From an uncultured virus (IMG/VR IMGVR_UViG_3300006033_000021) (taxonomy: Duplodnaviria > Heunggongvirae > Uroviricota > Caudoviricetes), in IMG/VR virus record IMGVR_UViG_3300006033_000021: DNA of 64,000 nt; one strand, given 5' to 3'. Shown here piece after piece: positions 9,709-19,286 of this stretch. A program made the translations under genes and the position numbers. The notes below the pieces were generated by a model that was not told the DNA's origin, ran no database searches, and saw only the letters and a program-made list of their open reading frames with translations. Each line of letters starts with the position of its first letter. The stretch's first letter is position 1.

Positions 9709-11091
9709 CTATCCGCCCTCCCCCTCTTCGGGAACGCTTGCGGGTGTAATTCCTCTTAATGCATCCTGTGCATCTCGCACATCTTGTAGCGTTCTATACA
9801 AAGGGCCTAACTCAGCACTTAGCTTCGCAGCTAGTTGCTCCACGTATAATCCTTGTTTTTCCCCGGCAGCCAAAATGTCCATGCATTTCTGTGATAGGGC
9901 TGCAATTCGTACACGATAATTAGAGTAGGAGGTTTTGAACTGGTCGATGATTGCTTGTTGTTTTTCTTTTGGTATTTTATTGATGTTCTCAACGATAATC
10001 TCATAGCCACGATCTAATCCCATAGTGATAGACATAAAGTTAACGTCTTGCCTCATCTCTTGTCCAAGAATTTGAATCTGATTCAATAGCTCAATAGCTG
10101 CACTATCTAAATCTTCAGCCGTTATCTTTGAATATGTCTCAGCAACTTGCGGCGTCAATTTACTCATGGTCCTATATTGGTTACCATAGGTTTTTGATTC
10201 ATTGAGCAACCAATCTTCTACAATTCCGCTTACATTATTTCCTTTATCATCAACTAATGTATTGGTCTTAACAGCTTCAATGGCTTTAGGGACTCCAAAT
10301 TGTTCTTGGTAGTCAAGAAAGACCTGTATTGCCGGAGCCTTGTTCGTGAGGTAGTCTCTTGATTCTTTATCAACTTTCTTAGCTCGCGCACGAGCATCCA
10401 TTGTTTCCGTGACAGCTTTGAAGGCTTCGCTGCCAATATTTCCTGCTGCCGCTGCCGCACTATTGATAGCAAAAGAGCCGCCCGGCCCACCACCAGCATA
10501 TGCTGAAATAGCTGAAGCAGAAGCTGCTCCAACGAATCCTATTGCTTTTAACCAGTACTCAATTTGGTGATTTCTAACATGATAGCCTTGTGATCGGAAG
10601 TGATTTTCTAGATAAGGCCCTAAATAGTCCTCAATGAGATTATTGAAGATTACACCAAGTGCTGCATAATTGAAAAGTCCTGATCCGAACCCTTTAACAC
10701 CCGTCGTGCCTATCATCGCATCTCTTCTAAGGAGTCCCTTTTTGACAAGCAATGCAAATCCTGGAGTAGCGACTAGGTTAAATAAGGCGTCCTTCAGCAA
10801 CTCCAACTTCCCTACAAAAGAGATAGCGCTACCCGCTGTACCAAGTTTAGCAAGTATAGGACCGAGTTGTTTAGTAAGCCATCCACCTAATTCCATATAG
10901 AATTCAGCAGTGAGGGTTTTATCTAGTACGCCAACAACTTTATTGGCCTTATCAGATGGTTTGCTCTCAACAGGCGCAGATTCTTCAGCATTAGGTAAGT
11001 CCACTTGAGTCATAGCTGCAAATTCGGGATGCGCTGTATTGATCCCGTCTTGTACTTGTGCTATTCTTAGTTGTAGGTCTCGTAGATTCAT
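9709..11091 (-). CDS. putative virion/ejection protein with Gly/Ala-rich hydrophobic segments
   Basis: 460 aa; starts MNLRDLQLRIAQ; AIGFVGAASASAISAYAGGG segment. Confidence 0.7.
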   Translation of the reverse strand: MNLRDLQLRIAQVQDGINTAHPEFAAMTQVDLPNAEESAPVESKPSDKANKVVGVLDKTLTAEFYMELGGWLTKQLGPILAKLGTAGSAISFVGKLELLKDALFNLVATPGFALLVKKGLLRRDAMIGTTGVKGFGSGLFNYAALGVIFNNLIEDYLGPYLENHFRSQGYHVRNHQIEYWLKAIGFVGAASASAISAYAGGGPGGSFAINSAAAAAGNIGSEAFKAVTETMDARARAKKVDKESRDYLTNKAPAIQVFLDYQEQFGVPKAIEAVKTNTLVDDKGNNVSGIVEDWLLNESKTYGNQYRTMSKLTPQVAETYSKITAEDLDSAAIELLNQIQILGQEMRQDVNFMSITMGLDRGYEIIVENINKIPKEKQQAIIDQFKTSYSNYRVRIAALSQKCMDILAAGEKQGLYVEQLAAKLSAELGPLYRTLQDVRDAQDALRGITPASVPEEGEGG

Positions 11092-11094
11092 AGA

Positions 11095-12450
11095 TTATAC
11101 CATCTTAGCATATACGGATTTGGGAAGAACACCAAATTCACCATATTTGTTCTCGACTAAGATCCAGTCGCTGGCATCACATTCATTTAACTTTTTGAAC
11201 TCAAAATCAACCCCACTAACTCTAACTATTCGATTGTTATGAGAGCTTCCGGTCGGGGACAAGAGCTTACTTAGATCTGGGGCAGAACCTTCCGTGGCTG
11301 ATTCCTCGGGGGCTGTAATTCCTTTTTGAACAGCAGTTGATAGAAGGTTGAGAATAAGTGGAGCAGATTCTTGAATGAGTTCACTATATTGGGCTTTATC
11401 CTCAGGAGATAGATTTAATCGCTCATCATCAAGTAGGCCCGTTAAGAACGTTTCTACTTTATCGCGAGTGCCTTTGTTGAGAATTGCTCCACCGGCTGCG
11501 CCCACAGCCGCAGCGCCAGCTATACCTTTCGCATATTCGCTAGGATTTGTGACTATTTGGGGGAGATGTTGGCCTGCATAGCCAATACCGCCGCCGATTG
11601 CTCCAATCTTTCCGGCGGTTTCTCTATCAGTTTGTTTTCCTGCTAAGTAAGTTCCTGCCAATGGTGCGCCCCAACCTATTCCGTTGGCTGCCAAATATGC
11701 TATCACATTCCTTCTATTGAAGACCTTCCCCGTCATTCTCTCGAACCATGGGGCTTGGGTCCTCAATATCTCAAAGATATCATCTTGCGCTTTGGCTAGT
11801 AACTCGGGGGCCGGATTGGTTCCTAAGCTATTGACGATTCTCCTAATGGCATCCTGTTGTCCCCCACCTATATTGAATACCTTTTTCAAGGATCCAACAA
11901 GTGGATCGACAGTTTGTGGAGACATCAATGTTGATAGCTCTCTATCTAATAGAGCCGGTTTATTACGCCCCATTAATCTATCTAGAATATTCCGCTTAGG
12001 TGAAAATTGTAGACCCTTGGTCGCCGCTTCCCCCTCTTTGGCTACGTTCTCTACAATTTCCCCAGTTGGCATTCGTTTTAAGCGAATACCTGAATCTAGG
12101 GCTTTCTGAATCTCTCGGTTCGTTTTGAATACTCTTGGATGGATTCGACCAAGCCCCTCAGCCGCTTTTGCAACATCTTCAGTAACTTTGGGCGCTAATT
12201 CCCCAAGGGCTCTTTCGGGAGCTTCTTTCAGGAGCCCTTTTAGTCCCTCCCATAACTTAGGTGCTTTTTCTATTCCTTTTTCTATGAAACCTCCAATACC
12301 ACTCTCTTTGTTAAGTGCGGCATTCCTTTCAAGGGTATTGATAGCAATAATGGCAGCTTCTTCGCATAGTTGCTGCATTTCGGGTGAATCTTCGAAATAC
12401 TCGGCTGTTTCAAGTGCATTGATGGCGACCCTGATAAGTTGTTTATCCAT
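11095..12450 (-). CDS. putative virion/ejection protein with glycine-zipper-like segments
   Basis: start MDKQLIRVA with GGGAG RBS; GAIGGGIG and GAAAVGAAGG segments; AGGA-N15-GAGAA upstream (12481-12504). Confidence 0.7.
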   Translation of the reverse strand: MDKQLIRVAINALETAEYFEDSPEMQQLCEEAAIIAINTLERNAALNKESGIGGFIEKGIEKAPKLWEGLKGLLKEAPERALGELAPKVTEDVAKAAEGLGRIHPRVFKTNREIQKALDSGIRLKRMPTGEIVENVAKEGEAATKGLQFSPKRNILDRLMGRNKPALLDRELSTLMSPQTVDPLVGSLKKVFNIGGGQQDAIRRIVNSLGTNPAPELLAKAQDDIFEILRTQAPWFERMTGKVFNRRNVIAYLAANGIGWGAPLAGTYLAGKQTDRETAGKIGAIGGGIGYAGQHLPQIVTNPSEYAKGIAGAAAVGAAGGAILNKGTRDKVETFLTGLLDDERLNLSPEDKAQYSELIQESAPLILNLLSTAVQKGITAPEESATEGSAPDLSKLLSPTGSSHNNRIVRVSGVDFEFKKLNECDASDWILVENKYGEFGVLPKSVYAKMV

Positions 12451-12507
12451 GTAGAACTCCCAGATGATATCATATACTAATTCTCGGAAGGGGTATATAG
12501 TCCTGCG

Positions 12508-12536
12508 TTGAAGGGATGCGCTTTGCGCGCTATACT
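12508..12536 (+). promoter_or_regulatory. sigma70-type promoter
   Basis: TTGAAG-17-TATACT, back-to-back with a class II promoter on the other strand. Confidence 0.65.
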
Positions 12537-12553
12537 TTCCTTGGGAGGTCGTT

Positions 12554-13117
12554 ATGGAGCCATTCTCGATACGCACCTATACGGGCCGATGCTTTAGGCT
12601 GGATGACGTAGACCCTGAGTCAGTGGATATCGTTGATATATCACACGCCTTGGGGAATTTGTGTCGTTTCGCGGGGCATTCATCTAGATTCTATAGCATT
12701 GCACAACATAGCTGCGCAACGGCGGCAATAGCTCCCCTGTATGGGGTGACCATTGGTCGTCAACTTCAGCAACTGTGCCTTTTGCATGATGCCTCAGAAG
12801 CTTATTGTTCAGATATTGTTAGTCCATTGAAGCCAATGATCGATGGCTATAAGGCTTTAGAGAAATCTATTCAAGATGCGATTTGGAAGAGATTCGGGTG
12901 TGATATAGATGATGAGTTGATGTTGAAAGTCAAAGAAATAGATCGTAAGGTTCTGGAATACGAATCATCTGTTTTATTACCAAAATCCGATACTTATTTC
13001 GGAGCAAATCTATTGACCTCAACTCTTAGTGCGGTGATTGATCAATATTGGTCTCCTGATAAAGCTAAAAGCATGATGATGGAGCAATACCTGAAGCTAT
13101 TTGCCCATCGACTCTAA
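12554..13117 (+). CDS. YfdR/YfbR-like HD 5'-deoxynucleotidase
   Basis: DISHALGNLCRFAGH, YSIAQHS, LLHDASEAYCSDIVSPLK. Confidence 0.88.
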   Translation: MEPFSIRTYTGRCFRLDDVDPESVDIVDISHALGNLCRFAGHSSRFYSIAQHSCATAAIAPLYGVTIGRQLQQLCLLHDASEAYCSDIVSPLKPMIDGYKALEKSIQDAIWKRFGCDIDDELMLKVKEIDRKVLEYESSVLLPKSDTYFGANLLTSTLSAVIDQYWSPDKAKSMMMEQYLKLFAHRL

Positions 13118-13122
13118 AAGGG

Positions 13123-13151
13123 TTGACATCCCCGGCGCGATGTGCTACTAT
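13123..13151 (+). promoter_or_regulatory. sigma70-type promoter
   Basis: TTGACA-17-TACTAT with extended -10 TG. Confidence 0.75.
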
Positions 13152-13210
13152 AAGGATAGCCGAGGAACGATTTGCCCCAGGCTACACGTCATTGTTTAGG
13201 GAGTTTAGAT

Positions 13211-15232
13211 ATGAACGATATGCAAAAAGATATCGCAGCAGCCATGAAGGCCATTGGTGAGCGTATTGCCTTGGCAGATGAAGCGTATTATGGTCAAGAT
13301 CGACCTAATATGGTGGATACAGAGTACGACACTTTGCGCCAAACGCTGAAGGACCTGGAAGATCAATATCCTGAGCTAGTGCAGGCTAATTCGCCTACTC
13401 ATCGAATTGGCTCGGCTAGGTCTTCTTCTTCGCGTGAAGAGCGTGAGCATGTCGTTCCTATGTATTCGTTGGATAATGCGATGAATCCAACGGCAACACA
13501 AGATTTCCTTAAGGGATTGGGTGCTGATTTCTGGAAGAGCCCCAAGATGTCAGCAGAACCAAAGATTGATGGCCTGAGTCTCAATCTGTACTATGTTAAT
13601 GGATTGCTAGTATCTGCTACGACTAGAGGTGATGGTGTTATCGGTGAAGATGTTACCGAGAATGCCAAGACGATTCGCGACATCCCCTTGTCTCTCACTT
13701 ATCTCCATACTGCTGAATCTGCATTGGGTGATGACATTATAGAAATTCGTGGCGAAGTCTATATGTCTAAGGCTACTTTTGCTCGTCTTAATGAGGAACG
13801 AAAGCAAAAGAACGAAGAGCCTTTTGCGAATTGCCGTAATGCAGCCGCAGGTTCTTTGCGCCAATTGGATAGTCGGATTACTGCGAATCGCTCATTGAGT
13901 TTCTTCGCTTATGATATCGGAGCACAGGAGGGGATTGAGATCTTCTCTCAGGCTGATCTGGTAGATTGGTTGCGCACCGCAGGATTTAAGGTCGCACCCG
14001 AAACTACACAAGTCTACTCCATTGAAGAGGCACTTGAATATTGCCGTAATATGGAAGCTAATCGTAGCGACATGAGTTACGATATTGACGGCGCAGTTCT
14101 CAAGGTTGACGATTTTAATGTCCGCAAGAACTTGGGCTGGTCGTCGCGCGCTCCTAAGTGGGCAATTGCTGTGAAGTTCAAGCCCGAAGAAGTCACTACC
14201 ATTGTTTTGAGTATTGATACTCAGGTTGGTAGGACGGGTAACATTACTCCTGTGGCTAATCTTCAGCCCGTGAGTGTTGCCGGATCGACTATTTCTCGTG
14301 CAACTCTTCACAACAAGGATGAAGTTGAGCGCCTTGGTATCAACATTGGTGATACTGTAGCTATTTACAAGGCGGGTGATGTCATCCCCAAGATTGATAG
14401 GGTGGTTGCTCACGTTCCGCATAAGACAGGCACATTCCAGATGCCTACTCATTGTCCTGTTTGTGGAACGGAATTGCAGCAACGCTCCACAGGGGATGCA
14501 ACCATTATTTTCTGCCCCAATACAGAAGAATGTCCTGCCCAGGGCTTGGCTCGTTTGAAGCACTTCGTTAGTCGTGGCGCAATGGATATTGATGGTCTTG
14601 GCGTCAAGGTTCTTGAGCAAATGCTTGATGAGCAACTTGTGACCGATCCTTCTGATTTGTATAAGTTGGACCGTTTGCAACTTATGCCATTGGATAGGAT
14701 GGGGACGCGCAAGGCAGATAATATCATTCAGGCTATTAAGGCGAGTATGCGACCGCCATTGGGTAAGTTCATTAATGCCCTTGGTATGTACCATGTTGGT
14801 GATACGGCTTCTGAGCAGTTGGCAAATCACTTTAAGACCATTGAAGCTTTCTTGGCTGCGCGTAGCTTTACTAGTCTTGATGGCATTGGGGATACTATCG
14901 CGAATTCCATCATGGAATTCGTCGCAGATCCTAATAATCTCGCTGTCAAGTTGATGGCTCGTGGGGTTGTGCCTGAACCCGTTGTTGCTAAGCAAGTTGT
15001 CACCAATTCTCCATTCTCGGGTAAGGTAGTGGTCTTTACTGGTGGATTGGATAATTACACCCGTAGCGAGGCAGGGGATCTTGTTAAGGCGCGTGGTGGA
15101 GAGATCGGTTCTAGTATTAGTAAGAAGACCGATATCGTGATTGTCGGGACTGATGCGGGTTCTAAGCTCAAGAAGGCACAGGATCTTGGCTTGACGATCT
15201 ACAATGAATCTGAATTCATGGCAATGCTCTAA
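13211..15232 (+). CDS. ligA: NAD-dependent DNA ligase
   Basis: EPKIDG adenylation motif, TRGDG, EIRGE, RNAAAGSLRQ, CPVC Zn finger, HhH, C-terminal BRCT (VVFTG...GSKLKKA). Confidence 0.97.
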   Translation: MNDMQKDIAAAMKAIGERIALADEAYYGQDRPNMVDTEYDTLRQTLKDLEDQYPELVQANSPTHRIGSARSSSSREEREHVVPMYSLDNAMNPTATQDFLKGLGADFWKSPKMSAEPKIDGLSLNLYYVNGLLVSATTRGDGVIGEDVTENAKTIRDIPLSLTYLHTAESALGDDIIEIRGEVYMSKATFARLNEERKQKNEEPFANCRNAAAGSLRQLDSRITANRSLSFFAYDIGAQEGIEIFSQADLVDWLRTAGFKVAPETTQVYSIEEALEYCRNMEANRSDMSYDIDGAVLKVDDFNVRKNLGWSSRAPKWAIAVKFKPEEVTTIVLSIDTQVGRTGNITPVANLQPVSVAGSTISRATLHNKDEVERLGINIGDTVAIYKAGDVIPKIDRVVAHVPHKTGTFQMPTHCPVCGTELQQRSTGDATIIFCPNTEECPAQGLARLKHFVSRGAMDIDGLGVKVLEQMLDEQLVTDPSDLYKLDRLQLMPLDRMGTRKADNIIQAIKASMRPPLGKFINALGMYHVGDTASEQLANHFKTIEAFLAARSFTSLDGIGDTIANSIMEFVADPNNLAVKLMARGVVPEPVVAKQVVTNSPFSGKVVVFTGGLDNYTRSEAGDLVKARGGEIGSSISKKTDIVIVGTDAGSKLKKAQDLGLTIYNESEFMAML

Positions 15233-15248
15233 GAGTAAAGGAATAACT

Positions 15249-15557
15249 ATGTTGAATGTAACTGACGCAAATTATGATAACGAAGTCGTTAATAGTAAAG
15301 GTGTAGTGCTTGTAGACTTTTGGGCTCCGTGGTGTGGTCCGTGCCGCACGATGGAATCTACAATGGAACAGTTGGCTGAAAAAGGCGTAACTATCCTTAA
15401 GGTCAATATTGATAAAGAAGATGGTTTAGCAACCCGTAACCAAGTTATGAGTATTCCATCCTTCCTTTGGTTTAAGGACGGTGTAGAAGTAGATCGTAGT
15501 GTTGGTTTGCAATCAATTGAAGTCTTAACCGCAACATACGAAAGACTGTCGAGGTAG
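15249..15557 (+). CDS. trxA: thioredoxin
   Basis: VDFWAPWCGPC; AAAGGA RBS. Confidence 0.95.
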   Translation: MLNVTDANYDNEVVNSKGVVLVDFWAPWCGPCRTMESTMEQLAEKGVTILKVNIDKEDGLATRNQVMSIPSFLWFKDGVEVDRSVGLQSIEVLTATYERLSR

Positions 15558-15559
15558 TA

Positions 15560-16252
15560 ATGGCTGAGCAGGTCCTAGTCGTTATGAGCGACAGCTTTTC
15601 AAATTATAGCCTTGATATCAACTATAATGATGGTGTCTTTTTTCCTGAGTCGGGAACTGAAGATGCCGGGCTGATTGATGATTTCTTTGCTATGATGACA
15701 AAAGAACATTCGTTCATTCCACGTCATGACGCTGAAGAAGACGAGAGTTATAAGCAAATCATTCCATATGTGCTTGTTCGTATCAAGGGGACCAATAGGT
15801 ACTTTGTTTATAGGCGATTGTCTACTTCAGGTGAAAGTCGTTTGCACGGCAAGATCTCTATTGGGGTTGGTGGTCATATTAATGACACTGATTTCGATGG
15901 AGAAACCGCCAGGACTTTACTGGATATTGCAGCAACCCGAGAGATTTTGGAAGAGACAAATCTTCAAGTCATAGGGTATACGTCTGCTGATATTATGGAG
16001 AATTTGCGCCCTGTTGGTTTGATTCAACTTGCCAAGACTCCGGTAGATCGTGTGCATTTGGGTGTGCTTTATATCCTGGAGTTAGATGAGAAGAATCAAG
16101 ATGCATTTGACATCAATGAGTCCTGCCTAGAGAAGATTGGCTGGTATACGCCAAACGACCTACGCCACATGCAGACCACTGGGGAGAATTTAGAAGGGTG
16201 GACCGACGCGGTGATGATGGCTCTGTTACTAACCAGTCGGCAGGGCGTATAA
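15560..16252 (+). CDS. NUDIX-family phosphoesterase (COG4112-like)
   Basis: AEEDESYKQIIPY, ESRLHGKISIGVGGHIN, REILEE, RVHLG. Confidence 0.85.
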   Translation: MAEQVLVVMSDSFSNYSLDINYNDGVFFPESGTEDAGLIDDFFAMMTKEHSFIPRHDAEEDESYKQIIPYVLVRIKGTNRYFVYRRLSTSGESRLHGKISIGVGGHINDTDFDGETARTLLDIAATREILEETNLQVIGYTSADIMENLRPVGLIQLAKTPVDRVHLGVLYILELDEKNQDAFDINESCLEKIGWYTPNDLRHMQTTGENLEGWTDAVMMALLLTSRQGV

Positions 16253-16262
16253 GATTCTCTAA

Positions 16263-16360
16263 GGGGCCTTGTAGCCGGGCTCGTTATCGGCTATAACAAG
16301 ATCGGTGGATGGTATCCTGCTGTAAGCGGCGGCGGGCACTACCATTCACCGATCTTTTCT
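16263..16360 (+). other. structured intergenic RNA element: H-type pseudoknot plus long hairpin/terminator
   Basis: GGGCC/GGCTC and TTGTAGCCG/CGGCTATAA interleaved; 17-bp stem 16298-16314/16340-16356 followed by T-rich run. Confidence 0.55.
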
Positions 16361-16373
16361 TTAGGAGGCTCTC

Positions 16374-16805
16374 ATGGCGGATGCTTATGTAATGATCGGG
16401 ATTGATCCTGGCCCTTATTTGACAACACGGGTGGTCACTCACGTTACCAAATACAACGAAGACACAGGCGCTCCATATAAAAAGGAAGTTGTCGAAGAGA
16501 TGCTTAGAATTGGAACCTGGAAGGCTAGCGCAGAGCACTTGGCGACAATTCAAGAAGATGGTTTGAGTTGTTTTCTGTGCGAGGAGCTAGAGGAAGTGAT
16601 TGGTCTAGAGGCATTTTGGGTTGACTATAAAACTAATGGCGAATATTCGTATGACGAAGAAGTTCCCAGCTTGATTGGTCTTACTTTAAGTAAGGCTGTC
16701 TATAATCTAGAGCAGATTACTGCCGTGTATGATAAGGTGAAAACTATTCTGATGGGATTGGGTATCGAAGAAGATCCCAAGTTATACCATTGGGTTACTT
16801 ATTAG
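16374..16805 (+). CDS. hypothetical protein, paralog of the next gene
   Basis: AGGAGG RBS; TKYNEDTGAPY..IGTWK..GIEEDPKLY. Confidence 0.7.
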   Translation: MADAYVMIGIDPGPYLTTRVVTHVTKYNEDTGAPYKKEVVEEMLRIGTWKASAEHLATIQEDGLSCFLCEELEEVIGLEAFWVDYKTNGEYSYDEEVPSLIGLTLSKAVYNLEQITAVYDKVKTILMGLGIEEDPKLYHWVTY

Positions 16806-16813
16806 GGGAATAA

Positions 16814-17218
16814 ATGATGTTTGTAGGCATATATGCTGAAAATCATATTCGAGTTGAGGATAAAGAAGAAAGCGTCACTAGATATAGAAATCTAACAGGT
16901 GAACCATATATCACTAAGATAAAATATCAAGATATTCAGATTGGTTCTTGGAAGCCAACACTCGAAAACGATCTACTATTCCTCAAAAAGCATAAGGCTA
17001 CTGATTATTTTAGGGGGTCTTATTTTCAGGAACAAACTGGCCTTGAATGTCCTATGGCGTATTTGAGTGTTCCATGGGGCCTTGGTGTGAGGGTGAAAGA
17101 GGGGGCGGATCTTGCAGCAATTACCGAGGCTTTTCTTAACGTTTCAGAACGATTAAAGGCTATCGGTATTACAGAAGAGCCGCTCATGTATGATGTAGAC
17201 AGTGATTATTATGACTAA
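16814..17218 (+). CDS. hypothetical protein, paralog of the previous gene
   Basis: TRYRNLTGEPY..IGSWK..GITEEPLMY. Confidence 0.7.
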   Translation: MMFVGIYAENHIRVEDKEESVTRYRNLTGEPYITKIKYQDIQIGSWKPTLENDLLFLKKHKATDYFRGSYFQEQTGLECPMAYLSVPWGLGVRVKEGADLAAITEAFLNVSERLKAIGITEEPLMYDVDSDYYD

Positions 17219-17510
17219 CCTTAGCTTTAATGGTCTAACACTTAACTTCGTGAATTACAACGAGAACGATGACGATCTCCAAAGTGAACTTCAAGACTTC
17301 TTCCTTGGGCTTAAGCAACTAAAGGCCGACGAGCTTAGCGAGTTGATGTATCTGGAAGATGATCCTACAGATCCTAGACTTAACACTAAGGTCGAACGTC
17401 TCAGAGAAGAAATGAAAATCCTAGAGATGTTACATCGATCAGTTGAGATTGATGTAATCCAAGATAGTGAGGAAACTCTTGGCGAAGTTATTCCCCTTAG
17501 GAGACAATAG
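17211..17510 (+). CDS. acidic hypothetical protein
   Basis: ORF overlapping upstream stop. Confidence 0.6.
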   Translation: MTNLSFNGLTLNFVNYNENDDDLQSELQDFFLGLKQLKADELSELMYLEDDPTDPRLNTKVERLREEMKILEMLHRSVEIDVIQDSEETLGEVIPLRRQ

Positions 17511-18092
17511 GTGGTAGATCTCAATATTCTGGATAGTTACGATTGGATCGATGAATCAAGCTTAGAAGATTGTCTTTTGAAGAGTATTGCTGTGGCGGGG
17601 CATAATGCAACCTCTACTACCAAGGCCGTTAATAGGTTCTTAACTACAGGATCCGAAAAGTGGGGAATAGGTTATTATCCATTCGAGATCATTCTGGAAT
17701 ATGCCGAAAAAGGTGGTCTAGAACAAGCATTGCAAACGGCTGGAGTTGGGTGCTATACTAGAGTTGCGCGAGCGTATACAGATGTAGCTAACGCAGGTAT
17801 GAACCTTAGAACTTGCTCTTTTGAGGATCTTGAAGCGATATACGGTATTGGCCCAAAGACGGCTAGAATGTTTGTACTATATACTCGCTCTGACGTTCGT
17901 TGTGCTGTATTGGATGTCCATGTGCTTCGATATCTGAAAGATTGTGGATATGAGGTTCCAGCAGCAACACCTACAGGTCGGAAGTATGCAGTTTTGGAAG
18001 CGGCTTTTTTGGAGCAATTTGATAAAAGTGAGTTTCCCACAATAAGAGACTTTGATTTTCATATCTGGGAACAATATTCAGGTCGTAAGTAG
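17511..18092 (+). CDS. HhH-superfamily DNA glycosylase/lyase-like protein
   Basis: LEAIYGIGPKTARMF (HhH with Lys) and AVLDVHVLRYL (Asp). Confidence 0.75.
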   Translation: MVDLNILDSYDWIDESSLEDCLLKSIAVAGHNATSTTKAVNRFLTTGSEKWGIGYYPFEIILEYAEKGGLEQALQTAGVGCYTRVARAYTDVANAGMNLRTCSFEDLEAIYGIGPKTARMFVLYTRSDVRCAVLDVHVLRYLKDCGYEVPAATPTGRKYAVLEAAFLEQFDKSEFPTIRDFDFHIWEQYSGRK

Positions 18093-18138
18093 GATAGTAG
18101 GAAATCAGTATGAATAATAGCATCATCATAGCAATGGG

Positions 18139-18414
18139 ATGCTGACCATAGACATCCCAAAAGGAGTAGGGATGTTTGGCGATGGAGATCAGATTTCAAA
18201 ACAAGACATAGCTAAGATGCTCAATAAGAACTTAGCTGACATGAGTGATGATGATATTATCGATGCATTTGAAGAGATGCATGGTATAGAGATCTACTAT
18301 ATAGGTGATGATACCTTCGCCTTCGCCCAAGACGATGTTAGCTTGGAAAATGTTGATTGGGATAGCCAAGATGATATCTGGGGTGATGGCGATACGAGTT
18401 ATGATACAGTGTAG
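18139..18414 (+). CDS. very acidic hypothetical protein
   Basis: ORF; start may be the ATG at about 18172 after AAGGAG; AGGA-N15-ATGAA at 18091-18114. Confidence 0.55.
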   Translation: MLTIDIPKGVGMFGDGDQISKQDIAKMLNKNLADMSDDDIIDAFEEMHGIEIYYIGDDTFAFAQDDVSLENVDWDSQDDIWGDGDTSYDTV

Positions 18415-18422
18415 GAAAATAG

Positions 18423-19286
18423 ATGCTAGTAATCAATTCTTTCTTCCGTACAGGTAGTACGGCTCTCTCGTGGGCAATTACATCTGCTTATCGAGATAGG
18501 GGAAAGATTCTTGTGGAGCCCCTGCTGCATCCTCAGAATCCAAATGATGAGATTGAGGCGTTACGAAAAAGGACTCAATTCAATAACGCCAATAAATCAA
18601 TTGATGATTTAGCTGATCTTTGTGATTATTTTGATTCATTATTGGTGGAAGGGTGTCTTGGCTACAAAGAAATGGGTATGGCCTATTTGGCTCCTGTAGT
18701 TGAGGCTTCTTGTCTTGGCTCTATCTTTACTTGTAGAGATTTATGGCCTTGTATAACATCTCAGATTCAACGCAATTTTCATCTATGGGACTGGGAGTCA
18801 CACTTCCCTGGTCTGCTTTGTATGGAATTTCAGGATGGGATGCAATACCTCATTAAGAAGTGTGATGATCTATTCCCCTCCCCATACCATCTCATGGTTA
18901 GGGCTTGGCTATTCCATACATACTACGCTATTTACTATAGGAATGAGAACTATACCAAATTAGTGTGGATTGAAGATTTAGATGATACTGTTGCCGAGGT
19001 TGCTGATTACATTAGGGATATACTCGGTCCCGAAACATGCGGTAGTTTAGAAGAGCATATTCTTCATCCGCAGGGTTGGTATCCTGAATTATCAGAAGGG
19101 ATTGAGTATTGGTGGAAGCCAAAAGAGGTGAGGGACTTTAATCCACAATTTATGAATTCAGATTTAGATGATAGTATGCTTGAGTTTATTACTAGCTGTC
19201 AATCAAATATGGAATTGTATACCAATCCAATCTTATCGGAAATTCTAGGACATCTAGGGAGCAATAAATGGAACGAGTCGCATTGA
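18423..19286 (+). CDS. putative sulfotransferase
   Basis: N-terminal FFRTGSTAL (5'-PSB loop), GYKE, CRDLWPCITS (3'-PB RD..S motif). Confidence 0.65.
   Translation: MLVINSFFRTGSTALSWAITSAYRDRGKILVEPLLHPQNPNDEIEALRKRTQFNNANKSIDDLADLCDYFDSLLVEGCLGYKEMGMAYLAPVVEASCLGSIFTCRDLWPCITSQIQRNFHLWDWESHFPGLLCMEFQDGMQYLIKKCDDLFPSPYHLMVRAWLFHTYYAIYYRNENYTKLVWIEDLDDTVAEVADYIRDILGPETCGSLEEHILHPQGWYPELSEGIEYWWKPKEVRDFNPQFMNSDLDDSMLEFITSCQSNMELYTNPILSEILGHLGSNKWNESH

Noticed and set aside
13892..14995. 367-aa minus-strand ORF
   Set aside because: Antisense shadow of ligA with no motif or RBS.
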